Shown one piece after another: positions 32,696 through 42,141 of a stretch of 64,000 nt of DNA. The notes beneath the pieces were generated by a model that saw only the letters and a program-made list of their open reading frames with translations, was not told the DNA's origin and did not search any database. The stretch comes from an uncultured Acidobacteriota bacterium (GTDB taxonomy: Bacteria; Acidobacteriota; Terriglobia; UBA7540). The DNA is taken from contig CAZCVY010000005.1 in NCBI GenBank assembly GCA_964501985.1, forward strand, positions 377 to 64,376, read 5' to 3'. Within the stretch, counting starts at the first letter, position 1. Each line of letters starts with the position of its first letter. Made by a program: the position numbers and the translations under genes.

Positions 32696-34402
32696 CTAGA
32701 AATAGGGATCGGGCTCCGGAACAGCCGCGCCGTCTTTGCGCGGCGAGGACGCGCCGTAATTCACCCCGGTGGCGGAATCGTGCAGAACCGCCTGCCCCCC
32801 TCCCATCGAAGTTGAATAAGCCCCGTGCAATGTAAGGACATGGCCTCGATCGGTCAGCGCCTGCCGCACCGCCTCGGGAACGCGGTCTTCGATCATGAAA
32901 TTGCATCCGCCGAAATTGAGTTTGGTGAAGCGTGGAGCTTCCAGCGCCCCTTGGATATTCATCCCGTAATCCACCAGGTTCGAGACAAACTGGGCATGAG
33001 CCTGCGGCTGGTTCAATCCACCCATGATGCCGAAGCCGATGTGAAGGTCACCCTTCTGCATGAAGGCGGGGATGATGGTGTGGAACGGGCGCTTGCGCGG
33101 GGCGAGTACATCGGGCGAATCCGGGTCGAGCAGGAAGAGCGCCCCGCGATTATGCAGCAACAGCCCAAAACCCTCCACCACCACGCCGGAACCAAACGCG
33201 CCCGAGAGGCTCTGAATGAAAGACACGATGTTGCCGTCCCGGTCCACGGAGCTGAGGTAAATGGTGTCGCTGCCAAATCGGGCCGGATCGCCTGCTTGCA
33301 CTTCGCAATGCGCCTTGTTCATGTCAATCGTCTGGGCGCGCTCGGCGGCGTAGGCTTTGGAGATGATTCCTGCCGACGGAACCTTTTCAAACCGCGGGTC
33401 CGCCAAGTAACGCCGCAAGTCCGAATACGCTAGTTTTTGAGCTTCCATCTTGATGTGGAGCGCGTCGGCGCTGGAAGGACCGTACTGTGCCAACGGAAAA
33501 TGTTCCATGATGTTGAGCATTTCAAGCGCGGCCATGCCTTGGCCATTGGGAGGCAACTCGTAAATCGTCCAGCCGCGATACGTTGTCGAGATTGGGTTCA
33601 CCCATTCCGGGCGAAAATCGGCGAGATCCGCCGCCGTCATCACGCCACCCAGGCGATCGGACGTTTTGATCAGCGCCTTGGCAATGGCCCCGCGATAAAA
33701 TGCATCGGGCCCCTCGCTTGCCACCAGTTCGAGGGCGTGCGCGTAGGGGGCATTCTGAAAAATCTCGCCCGTTTCCGGCACATGTCTGTTGGGCAGAAAA
33801 GCGGCTTGGGCGTTGGGGTCGGCGTCCAGAGTATGCTGGGTGCCTTTCCACTCCGCGGCGATGATCTCGGCGACGGGAAAGCCGTTCTTGGCGTAATAGA
33901 TTGCGGGCTTGAAAAGATCGGCCCATGGCAGGCGGCCGAATTTTGCGTGGAGGGCCTCCCAGCCACGAACGCATCCCGGCACTGTTACGGAGTAAATTCC
34001 CGCCGCCGGCATGCTCGTATGGCCTTTTTGCTTAAGGAATGCGGGAGTTAGCTTCTCGGGCGCCCAACCGCTCGAGTTGAGGCCAGAGAGCTTCCCGGTT
34101 TTCGCATCCCACTCGATGGCAAACAGGTCGCCGCCCATGCCGTTCATCATGGGCTCGACCACGCCCAGCACGGCGTTGGCGGCAATGGCGGCGTCGGCAG
34201 CGGAGCCTCCCCGCGCTAGAATTTGAGCTCCCGCCTGGGAGGCCAAGACTTCGCTGGAGGCCACGATTCCCTGCCGGGTAATGACCATCGAACGAGCTTG
34301 CGCGCGTCCGGGACGAACGTCCGAAGTCTGAGGGAACGTGGCAGTAGACAGGGCGGAAGCCACCACCATCCCTACTGCCAAATGCGTAAGTTTTTTGCCC
34401 AT
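32696..34402 (-). CDS. ggt: gamma-glutamyltransferase
   Basis: 568-aa ORF with a signal peptide. Autoprocessing/nucleophile region GSDTIYLSSVDRDGNIVSFIQSL. GGT-family C-terminus. Confidence 0.9.
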   Translation of the reverse strand: MGKKLTHLAVGMVVASALSTATFPQTSDVRPGRAQARSMVITRQGIVASSEVLASQAGAQILARGGSAADAAIAANAVLGVVEPMMNGMGGDLFAIEWDAKTGKLSGLNSSGWAPEKLTPAFLKQKGHTSMPAAGIYSVTVPGCVRGWEALHAKFGRLPWADLFKPAIYYAKNGFPVAEIIAAEWKGTQHTLDADPNAQAAFLPNRHVPETGEIFQNAPYAHALELVASEGPDAFYRGAIAKALIKTSDRLGGVMTAADLADFRPEWVNPISTTYRGWTIYELPPNGQGMAALEMLNIMEHFPLAQYGPSSADALHIKMEAQKLAYSDLRRYLADPRFEKVPSAGIISKAYAAERAQTIDMNKAHCEVQAGDPARFGSDTIYLSSVDRDGNIVSFIQSLSGAFGSGVVVEGFGLLLHNRGALFLLDPDSPDVLAPRKRPFHTIIPAFMQKGDLHIGFGIMGGLNQPQAHAQFVSNLVDYGMNIQGALEAPRFTKLNFGGCNFMIEDRVPEAVRQALTDRGHVLTLHGAYSTSMGGGQAVLHDSATGVNYGASSPRKDGAAVPEPDPYF

Positions 34403-34446
34403 GGCGGCAGTTTACCGGCGAAGACCCGGAATAGCAAACGGTCGTG

Positions 34447-34526
34447 ACACGGGCACTCCTGCCCGTGTTTAAGCATCTCCGCTTTCCGGCCGCCATGCCG
34501 CCACGACGCAGGCAGGAGTGCCTGCC
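34447..34526. repeat. REP-like inverted pair
   Basis: GGCACTCCTGCC (34452-34463) and GGCAGGAGTGCC (34511-34522) are reverse complements. Each also sits in a local hairpin. Confidence 0.65.
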
Positions 34527-34540
34527 TCGCTTCCGACCGC

Positions 34541-35449
34541 CTAAGCCCCGGCGGCCTTGCCCGCGAACTTCGGCGCAATTTGCTCGGCCGCAAACGTCTC
34601 GATGGACGTCGGGGTCGTGTTCTCCGCGGAACGGGGCTCGAGCGGCGCCATGTATCCGGAATTCAGGGCTTCTGCCATTTCCAGAATGAGGTCAACCATG
34701 TTGGGAGACATCCCCATCTGCGTCATGGCGGGTTTGATTTGCGCAGGCGGGAATTGCATATAGCCAAGCTGCGGTTTGCCTATCGCTTTGCCGATGACCG
34801 ACGCGATTTCCTGGAAGGTCAGGTCTCGCTGCCCCTGAAGTTCGCGCACCTGTTTGCCGGTGAAATCCAGTTTCAGCAGGATTTCGGCCGCCGCCGCCCC
34901 AATGTCCTTCGTTGCAATCAGCCCAATCTTCAGGTCGTTGCGCAGTGGGCCGCCCGTCACCCCAAAGGCCTGGATAATCCCAACCTGCGGCAGGAGATTC
35001 TCCATAAAGTAGCCCGGCCGCAGGTAAACAGCGTTGAGGGCGGAAATACCCTTCAGTTTCTGCTCGAAGTTGTGCAGGCCCACCACCGGTCCCGTTTTCT
35101 CCGATCTGTCGGCGCCAACACTGCTAAGAAGCACGGCATGCCCCACGCCGGCGTTTTTGGCTGCGGCCACCAGCGCATCGCTAACCCGCTCCTGGTCCTC
35201 CCGCACGTCGGAGTTCGTCGGGTTGGGCGGAATCATCAGATAAACCGCCTTCGCGCCGCTAAACGCCCGGGTGAGCGCCTCCGCATCCGAGGCATGCGCA
35301 GCGAAAGCCTCGGCGCCCTTTTGCACGAACCGTTCCAAACGGCTGGCATCGCGGCCAATCACTCGAACTTTCTCCCCATGAGCCAACAGCTTTCCGGCAA
35401 TTACGCTTCCTGTATTCCCAGTCGCACCGATAATTGCATACATGGTCAC
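34541..35449 (-). CDS. NmrA-family NAD(P)-binding protein
   Basis: 302-aa ORF with an N-terminal Rossmann motif IIGATGNTGSVIAGKLL. Confidence 0.8.
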   Translation of the reverse strand: MTMYAIIGATGNTGSVIAGKLLAHGEKVRVIGRDASRLERFVQKGAEAFAAHASDAEALTRAFSGAKAVYLMIPPNPTNSDVREDQERVSDALVAAAKNAGVGHAVLLSSVGADRSEKTGPVVGLHNFEQKLKGISALNAVYLRPGYFMENLLPQVGIIQAFGVTGGPLRNDLKIGLIATKDIGAAAAEILLKLDFTGKQVRELQGQRDLTFQEIASVIGKAIGKPQLGYMQFPPAQIKPAMTQMGMSPNMVDLILEMAEALNSGYMAPLEPRSAENTTPTSIETFAAEQIAPKFAGKAAGA

Positions 35450-35867
35450 ACCTCCGTACCTTCTTAGATGTACTCGAGCCGCGGAGGGTACACAGATTTG
35501 CTCGGGGGACGCAACGCGTGGCAGCGATCACAGCATGAACCGCGACACGACGATCGGGGTCCCGTCAAAGTACGCGAGATTCCCCGCAGGGGACAAGATC
35601 ACTAGCCGGCGGTGAAGCCGACGGACAAGGAGTGGCCAGAGCGTCGACCTGCCGGGGTCGGATACCCTTGGGCCCGCGTTCCATCTGTTGCACCCGGGGC
35701 TACTGACCTTCGCCCTTCGGGCCGCCACCCTATCTCGAACCTTGACATGGCCCCGACGGCCACCCTCACAGCACAAACGTCCGATTGCGGGGTCGCACTT
35801 CCAGGTCTATCGGATGGGAGCAGACGCCGCCTGATTCGGACCTCGGCGCACTTGGCCTCCACCAAAT

Positions 35868-36144
35868 GACTTATTTTCATACACTTATTGGGATAGGCGA
35901 AATACTGAAGCTATAAGGCCATTATTTTCTTCAATTTAACGGGATAGCGGGAACAAAACGGAAGAACGGGGCATTTTTGAGGTCAAACATCGATGTAACT
36001 GGTTTTGCTTTCTATAAGTAATCGGCAACTAGTCGGCTATTTTGTATAACTCGTTTGTTTTCATACACTCATTGGGATGATCCGTTTTGTCCGATATTTT
36101 TCCTTTTGTTTTCATCAACTTATTGGGAGCAACCTTCATTTTTG
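35868..36144 (-). repeat. three same-orientation copies of the TTGATGAAAACAAAGG-type motif
   Basis: Copies at 36102-36144 (full, with ATGAAGGT), 36050-36079 and 35868-35896. They read on the minus strand, upstream of the nmrA-like gene. Confidence 0.8.
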
Positions 36145-36530
36145 ATGTTTTTTTGTTTTGGTGAGTGAACCTGCGTGGCATCGATAAAATGTCGCTTTCT
36201 ACAGCTTTTCGAACGGTCAATTCGCCTCTGCCTTTCGCGAATTCCCGCTCGCCGGAAGCACGTACCCCAACCCGTCGCGGGCGGGCGGTTTGACTCAACC
36301 AACTATTAAGCTAGCAATTTGGCCTCCAAACCTAGCATCGCGACCGACAGATTGCCCGATGGTCAACCAAGAAAAGAGAGGTGCTCCTATTTTTTTCTCC
36401 GGGGGCCCTAGCTGCTTTTGTCTCCGTTTCGGTTGGCCTGAGGAAACTTCGCGGACTTTGACGTGGCCCTGGCACGACGATCCGGTGGCTGGATTCCTCG
36501 CACGTGATAGAATGGATTGAACACATACCC

Positions 36531-39143
36531 ATGCGCGAATTCCCGTCGCCGCAAGAGATTCTCAAGGTTTTTCAGCGCCAGCCAGGCAAGACGTTTCGGC
36601 TGCGCGAGCTCGTCGTGGAACTCGGTCTGCGGTCGAGCCAGGCGCGCGACCTCAAAAACGCACTCAAGGTGCTCTCCCGCCTACGCCGCATCGTTTACCT
36701 GAAGAAGAATCACTTCGCGCTGGCGGATAAGGTAGCGCAGGGCTCGCTCTCCAGCCCTGCGGCTCTTCCACCGGACCAGGACGGTGACGATTCACGCCGG
36801 TCAAGGCCCGGTTCGAAGACAATCGAAAACCGGCAATCGAAAATCGGCGGTGCCGCCGTGCTGGCCCGGTCGCGGGGTTCAAACGTAACGACCGGCCGCC
36901 TGATCGGCCATCGCGATGGCTACGGCTTTGTGGTGCCCGACGCGCCGTTCGCGGGCTCCGATCAGGACATCTACATTCCCTCGGACGGCATGGGCTCCGC
37001 CATGAACGGCGACCGCGTGGAAGTGCAAGTGCTTCGCGCCAAACCCGACGGGCGCCGGGAAGGCCGCATCATCCACGTCGCGGACCGCGCCCAGAAAACC
37101 GTCGTGGGCCAGTTTCATTGCGGCCAGCGCTACAACTTTGTGATGCCATTCGATCATCGCATTCCCTTCGAAATCGTCATTCCGCGCGGGGAAGAATGGC
37201 CCGGCGGCGAGAACCCTGCTCCCGCGCCGAGCCGCGATCGCCAGTTCGGGGGCGAGTCGGAAGGCAAGGCGGCTGGACACGAAGTGATTTCCCAGCGCAC
37301 GACTCGGGATTTGGAAGGCCTGGTGGTTGACGTCGAGATCACGAGCTATCCCCGCCCTTCGGCGCTTCCCCGCGGCCGGGTGGTGGAGATTCTCGGCCGG
37401 CGCGAGGAATTCGGCGTCGACGTGGAAATCATCATCCGCAAATTCCACCTGCCCCACCGCTTCCCCTCCGAAGTGCTCGCGGAGGCTGGCGCGGCGCCAC
37501 AATACATCCCCGAGCTTGACCGCGAAGGCCGCCGCGATTTCCGCGGACTGCCCATCGTGACCATCGACGGCGAGACCGCCAAGGATTTTGACGATGCGGT
37601 GCTGGTGGAGTGCCCGGAGAATGGCAATTACCTGCTGCACGTCCACATTGCGGATGTTGCCCAGTACGTGCGGCCAAATACCGCGCTCGACCGCGAGGCG
37701 AGGCTGCGCGGCACCTCGGTTTATTTTCCCGACCGCGCCGTGCCCATGCTGCCACTGGATCTTTCGAACGGTATTTGCAGCCTCAACCCACACGTCGATC
37801 GCCTGGTGATGTCGGCATTGATGGAGATCGATCCGAAAGGGCGAATTGTCGAGTACGAGCTCGTGCCGGGGATCATCCGTAGCGCGGAACGCATGACCTA
37901 CACGGCCGTTCGCGACATTTTGCTGGGTGAGCCGACGGCCACCGAACGCTACTCGAGCCTCACTCATCAGTTCAAGTTGATGGAAGAACTCGCGCTCATT
38001 CTCAATCGCCGGCGAGTGCAGCGCGGCTCGATCGATTTTGACCTGCCGGAGCCTGTAATTGAATTTGACGAGTCCGGCCGCATGGTGGGCATCACCCGTT
38101 CGGAACGAAACTTTGCCCACCGCATCATCGAAGAGTTCATGTTGGCAGCCAATGAAGCGGTCGCGGGATATCTTGAGGGCCGCGAAATTCCCTCACTCTA
38201 TCGCATCCACGAGAAGCCCGAGGCGAAAAAGGTTTTGGAATTTGAAGAGATCGCTGCGACCTTCGGCTATTCGCTGGGAGTAGAACAGCCTGCCGCCCAG
38301 CGCTTCCGCCCGAGCAAGCGCGACGAGCGTGACCGGCACGCGCGTTTCCTTGAGCGCGTGGAGACAAAGGAACTGGAAATCACTCCGCGGCACTACCAGC
38401 GCCTCACGCAACGGCTGGAGGGCAAGCCGGAGGAGCGAATTCTCTCCTACCTCATGCTTCGCTCGCTGAAGCAGGCGCGATATTCGGAAGAGAACGTCGG
38501 CCACTTCGCGCTCGCGGCTGAAACCTATACCCACTTCACTTCGCCTATCCGCCGGTATCCCGATTTGATCGTGCACCGGATTCTCAAGGCAGCGCTGGGA
38601 CGCGAGGGCGGCAGCGCGCGAGTTGCCGGTAATACTGAAGATCATCATGCTTTTCCGGGAGCGGCGAAGAAGTTAGCGCCGCGGAAACGTCACGGGACTG
38701 CCCGCCACGAGGCGGCGTTATTCAGCCCTCCGGCAACTGCCGCAGGTAGAGCCTTACCCGGCGGCGCTTTCGTGCTTCCGCTCGAACTGCACTCTCTTGG
38801 GCTGGCGACCTCCGAGGCCGAACGCCGAGCCGCCGACGCCGAACGCGAGCTGATCGAATGGAAGAAGGTCGCGTTCATGGCTCAGCACGTGGGCGACGAG
38901 TTCGATGCCCTCATCATCAGCTTGATCAAGTTTGGATTCTTCGTGGAACTCACCGACCTGTTTGTGGAAGGGTTTGTCTCGCTCTCCACTTTGGGCGATG
39001 ACTTTTACGTTTACCGCGAGCGTGAACGCGCCATCGTTGGCCAGCACACGCGCCGCGCCTTCCACTTGGGCGAACGAGTGCGCGTGCGCCTCGACCGCAT
39101 CGATCAATCCGGCAACAAGCTGGAGTTTTCGCTCACCGAGTAG
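36531..39143 (+). CDS. rnr: ribonuclease R
   Basis: ORF 36504..39143; start placed at ATG 36531. RNB domain (DFDDAV, RxxTSVYF, HFTSPIRRYPDL) and a C-terminal S1 domain. Confidence 0.9.
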   Translation: MREFPSPQEILKVFQRQPGKTFRLRELVVELGLRSSQARDLKNALKVLSRLRRIVYLKKNHFALADKVAQGSLSSPAALPPDQDGDDSRRSRPGSKTIENRQSKIGGAAVLARSRGSNVTTGRLIGHRDGYGFVVPDAPFAGSDQDIYIPSDGMGSAMNGDRVEVQVLRAKPDGRREGRIIHVADRAQKTVVGQFHCGQRYNFVMPFDHRIPFEIVIPRGEEWPGGENPAPAPSRDRQFGGESEGKAAGHEVISQRTTRDLEGLVVDVEITSYPRPSALPRGRVVEILGRREEFGVDVEIIIRKFHLPHRFPSEVLAEAGAAPQYIPELDREGRRDFRGLPIVTIDGETAKDFDDAVLVECPENGNYLLHVHIADVAQYVRPNTALDREARLRGTSVYFPDRAVPMLPLDLSNGICSLNPHVDRLVMSALMEIDPKGRIVEYELVPGIIRSAERMTYTAVRDILLGEPTATERYSSLTHQFKLMEELALILNRRRVQRGSIDFDLPEPVIEFDESGRMVGITRSERNFAHRIIEEFMLAANEAVAGYLEGREIPSLYRIHEKPEAKKVLEFEEIAATFGYSLGVEQPAAQRFRPSKRDERDRHARFLERVETKELEITPRHYQRLTQRLEGKPEERILSYLMLRSLKQARYSEENVGHFALAAETYTHFTSPIRRYPDLIVHRILKAALGREGGSARVAGNTEDHHAFPGAAKKLAPRKRHGTARHEAALFSPPATAAGRALPGGAFVLPLELHSLGLATSEAERRAADAERELIEWKKVAFMAQHVGDEFDALIISLIKFGFFVELTDLFVEGFVSLSTLGDDFYVYRERERAIVGQHTRRAFHLGERVRVRLDRIDQSGNKLEFSLTE

Positions 39144-39196
39144 CGACGCCCTCACCGCATCAACCCTCGCAGGCGTTTTGCTAAATCAGCGCGGCC

Positions 39197-42016
39197 TCAA
39201 TGGTCGTCCTTGCGCATTTCCCGCCGAATCGTATCGGGATCGTCGAGCGGCGCGCCGGGATTTGCCTTCAAGTCCAATCCCGGCTCACGCACCTTGGCCG
39301 GATCGAAAATACGTACATCGCTGGGCAGAGCGTCGTAGGGCGTAAAATCCGGCTGAGTGGTGAAGAAGTCGCTGAGGTCAGTGGCGGCGGCATCAAACTG
39401 GTTCAGAAAACCCAGGTGAAGGCTTAGATCAAACGTCTTGAGAATGCTGGCCATGCTGGTGTGGACGTGCGAGACATAGCCGCTTCGCGCATAGGGACTG
39501 ATCACCATCAGCACGCTGCGGTGCGCATCCACGTGGTCGCGTCCGGACTGCGCGTCATCCTCGGTCACAAAAATCGCCATGTCTTTCCAGAAGGGGCTGT
39601 GCGAAAACAGTTGCACCAGTTTGCCCAGCGCCAGATCGTTATCGGCGACATAGGAGGCGTGATACGCGTATCCATCGCCGGGGCGCGGGTCGGCGGTATG
39701 GTCGTTCGGCAGCCAAATGAAGATGAACTGCGGCAGCGGCTCCTTGCCGCTCGCGTAGCGGATCTGGAACTCTCGCTCAAACTGGCCGAACCGGTATTGG
39801 TCAGAAATGTTGGTATTGAACGTGGCGTAATCGCGCGAGGTGTTTTCGAACAACGCTTCCGTCATCGGCATGTTTGTGGCCTCGCGCACCCCCGTGGGCT
39901 GGTCGCCAATGCCTTCGTCTTCTCCCGCGATTTCGAGTCCCTCACCGTAGTTGCGGAAGCTAATGTGGCCGCGCGACAGGTGCTCCCACAGCGATCCGGC
40001 CTCGAGATAGGTCTCGGGGAATGGATGGGTTGACCCGATCGCGAGGCGGCCGGGCGCATCGTCGTCAGGCTGGAATGTGAAGTGCCCGCCGTACCCAGCA
40101 GGCACTGCTGTTTCCAGGACTTCGTTGGGATAATTTCCCACCAGCCAGTGGTGGCCGTCGACGGAGACATCTCCTTCCACATAGTAATTGTCACTAAGTC
40201 CAAACCGACGCGCCAAGGCATGATGATTGGGCGTGACGTGACCGTCTTCGATCGTGGGCTCGTCCTTTTCCGTCACTTGGGCGGTTTCACCCCAGCGGGC
40301 CATCGCTGGCACCCCGTCAAAGTCCGGACCCTGCGGGTGCAGGTCGCCGAGCATTTCATCGAAGGTCCGATTTTCCTTCACGATGAAGATGATGTGTTTG
40401 ATGTTTGTGCCGAGTGTGGCGGCGGTGGGGGCTGATGGAGCTGCGGCGGGTGCGGCGCCAGTCGCGCTGCCAAAGCCGTTGTTGCTAACAACCCGCTTGG
40501 TGTCCTCGCGAAGGTTCTTCTTGTCCAAGGGCCGTGCACTTGTTTGGGCGCCTTTCGAAGCATGGAGGTTGATGTCGGCCGGCAGGCGGATGATCGACAC
40601 GGTCCCCTTCATGAGGTCCCCAATGTAAGTTCCCTCCGGCCCCTCCTGGAAATCGGGGCCGCCGTTGGGTCCCGCCCCGAATCCCTTGCCATTCGCCAAG
40701 TAGAGCGTTCGGTTGTCAGCACTGACCGCCACGCGAGCGGGAAACCACGCGGTGGGGATATATCCCAGAACCTCCGCCTTGCGCGCGTCCAAGACAGCGA
40801 CGGCATTGATGCCGGAGCATGCAACGTAGAGCCGCTTTTCATCAGGGCTGAGCGCCATCCCGAACGGCAGTACTCCTCGCAGGCCTTTGACGGATATCGC
40901 CGGTTCAAGCAAGATCGTTTTCATCACCTTATTCGTGCGAGCGTCGAGGATCGAGATGCTGTCTTGCGCGGAGTTGGACACAAACACTTCGTTCTTACCC
41001 GCCACTACGTCCCCGGGACTCGACCCGCTGACGGACTTATCGCCAACGGGAATCCCTGTCCGGACTTTCGCCAGTACGTTGGGCTTCGCGGGGTCGTGTA
41101 GGTCGATCACGAAAACAGAGTTCGAGTCGGGGACGTTGGGATCGCCCAAACCGGCAATCTGCTTACCCTCCACGGTCGCGCCTTTCTCGGCTTCAGGCGA
41201 GGGAAAACCGAAGGCCGGAAATTCCAAGCCCGTCGTCCTCGGGTTTTTGGGATCGAACCCAGGCACCACCGAGTACTGAAACATCCCCACGTTGGAAACG
41301 TAGGCGCGCTTTCCGTCCGGCGAAAGCGCCAGCCCGAATGGCATTCGACCCACGGGAATGCTGGAGAGAATCTGCTTCGATTGTGTATCCACAACAACCA
41401 GCCGGAAATGCGCGAGGTCGAGCACCAGCAGTTGGCGGCCATCCCGGGTGAGCAGAATGGCGCCGGTGAGGCTGTCCTTGTACGTGGCGCCGAGATATGT
41501 CCCGTCGAGGCTGAACCCGCCGAGGCGTTGGTGTGTCACGAGGTCGAAAATCCCGATCTTCCCGTTGTCGCCTTCCGAAATGTAGAGCGTGTGATTGTCA
41601 GGAGCAACTGCGGCGCCCAAGAAAACGCTCTGCGGGTCAGCATCGGCGGAATCAAACCCGGGAGGAATCTGCGCCACCTGAGGTTGCGGATCGCCGAGGC
41701 CGGTAATGATCGAGACCGAAAACGGCTTCGTCCCACTATTGACGGTGACCAGCGTCCTGCCATCCGGGCTGAGGACCAAGCCGTATGGGTGAGGCGCAAC
41801 CTTTACCTGTTTGCCGAGAGGCGTGACCAACCGCCCGCTGGGGAGGACGGTCTCGCCGTCGGGATCGATCTTGGTCTGTCGACTTCCCGCTGGCGCCGAT
41901 AAAGAAGGGCCGGCAATCTGCTGCGAGTTGCCCGCCTGCGGCCATCCAGCTTGACCGTTTAGGAACAAAAGTGCGATTACAAGGATATATCTCGGCCGCA
42001 TCCTTCGGTCCTCCAC
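39197..42016 (-). CDS. secreted YncE-like beta-propeller fused to phosphoesterase (phospholipase C / acid phosphatase family) domain
   Basis: 939-aa ORF. N-terminal repeated YVxN-type propeller blades (LYISEGDNG, AYVSNVG, LYVACSG, LYLANGKG). C-terminal phosphoesterase-like half (IIFIVKENRTFD...DHVDAHRS). Confidence 0.75.
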   Translation of the reverse strand: MEDRRMRPRYILVIALLFLNGQAGWPQAGNSQQIAGPSLSAPAGSRQTKIDPDGETVLPSGRLVTPLGKQVKVAPHPYGLVLSPDGRTLVTVNSGTKPFSVSIITGLGDPQPQVAQIPPGFDSADADPQSVFLGAAVAPDNHTLYISEGDNGKIGIFDLVTHQRLGGFSLDGTYLGATYKDSLTGAILLTRDGRQLLVLDLAHFRLVVVDTQSKQILSSIPVGRMPFGLALSPDGKRAYVSNVGMFQYSVVPGFDPKNPRTTGLEFPAFGFPSPEAEKGATVEGKQIAGLGDPNVPDSNSVFVIDLHDPAKPNVLAKVRTGIPVGDKSVSGSSPGDVVAGKNEVFVSNSAQDSISILDARTNKVMKTILLEPAISVKGLRGVLPFGMALSPDEKRLYVACSGINAVAVLDARKAEVLGYIPTAWFPARVAVSADNRTLYLANGKGFGAGPNGGPDFQEGPEGTYIGDLMKGTVSIIRLPADINLHASKGAQTSARPLDKKNLREDTKRVVSNNGFGSATGAAPAAAPSAPTAATLGTNIKHIIFIVKENRTFDEMLGDLHPQGPDFDGVPAMARWGETAQVTEKDEPTIEDGHVTPNHHALARRFGLSDNYYVEGDVSVDGHHWLVGNYPNEVLETAVPAGYGGHFTFQPDDDAPGRLAIGSTHPFPETYLEAGSLWEHLSRGHISFRNYGEGLEIAGEDEGIGDQPTGVREATNMPMTEALFENTSRDYATFNTNISDQYRFGQFEREFQIRYASGKEPLPQFIFIWLPNDHTADPRPGDGYAYHASYVADNDLALGKLVQLFSHSPFWKDMAIFVTEDDAQSGRDHVDAHRSVLMVISPYARSGYVSHVHTSMASILKTFDLSLHLGFLNQFDAAATDLSDFFTTQPDFTPYDALPSDVRIFDPAKVREPGLDLKANPGAPLDDPDTIRREMRKDDH

Positions 42017-42141
42017 AAATGAGTTAGCATTTGCCGCGAATCATAACACGGATGAATTACAGAAATGTGAAGGAGGCATCGCCCCTTGGTTCGGAGCCGC
42101 AATTCGGCGCATAATAGGCGTCGCCCTCGCGGCGGATTACC

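Noticed and set aside
35840-35872. ...GGCCTCCACCA, reminiscent of a tmRNA/tRNA 3' end, inside the 1-kb nmrA/rnr intergenic region.
   Set aside because: There is no GGTTCGA-type T-loop upstream. There is no complementary GGGG... acceptor 5' strand at the expected distance and no tag-peptide-like reading frame. The match is most likely coincidental and lies within a REP-like GC-rich block.
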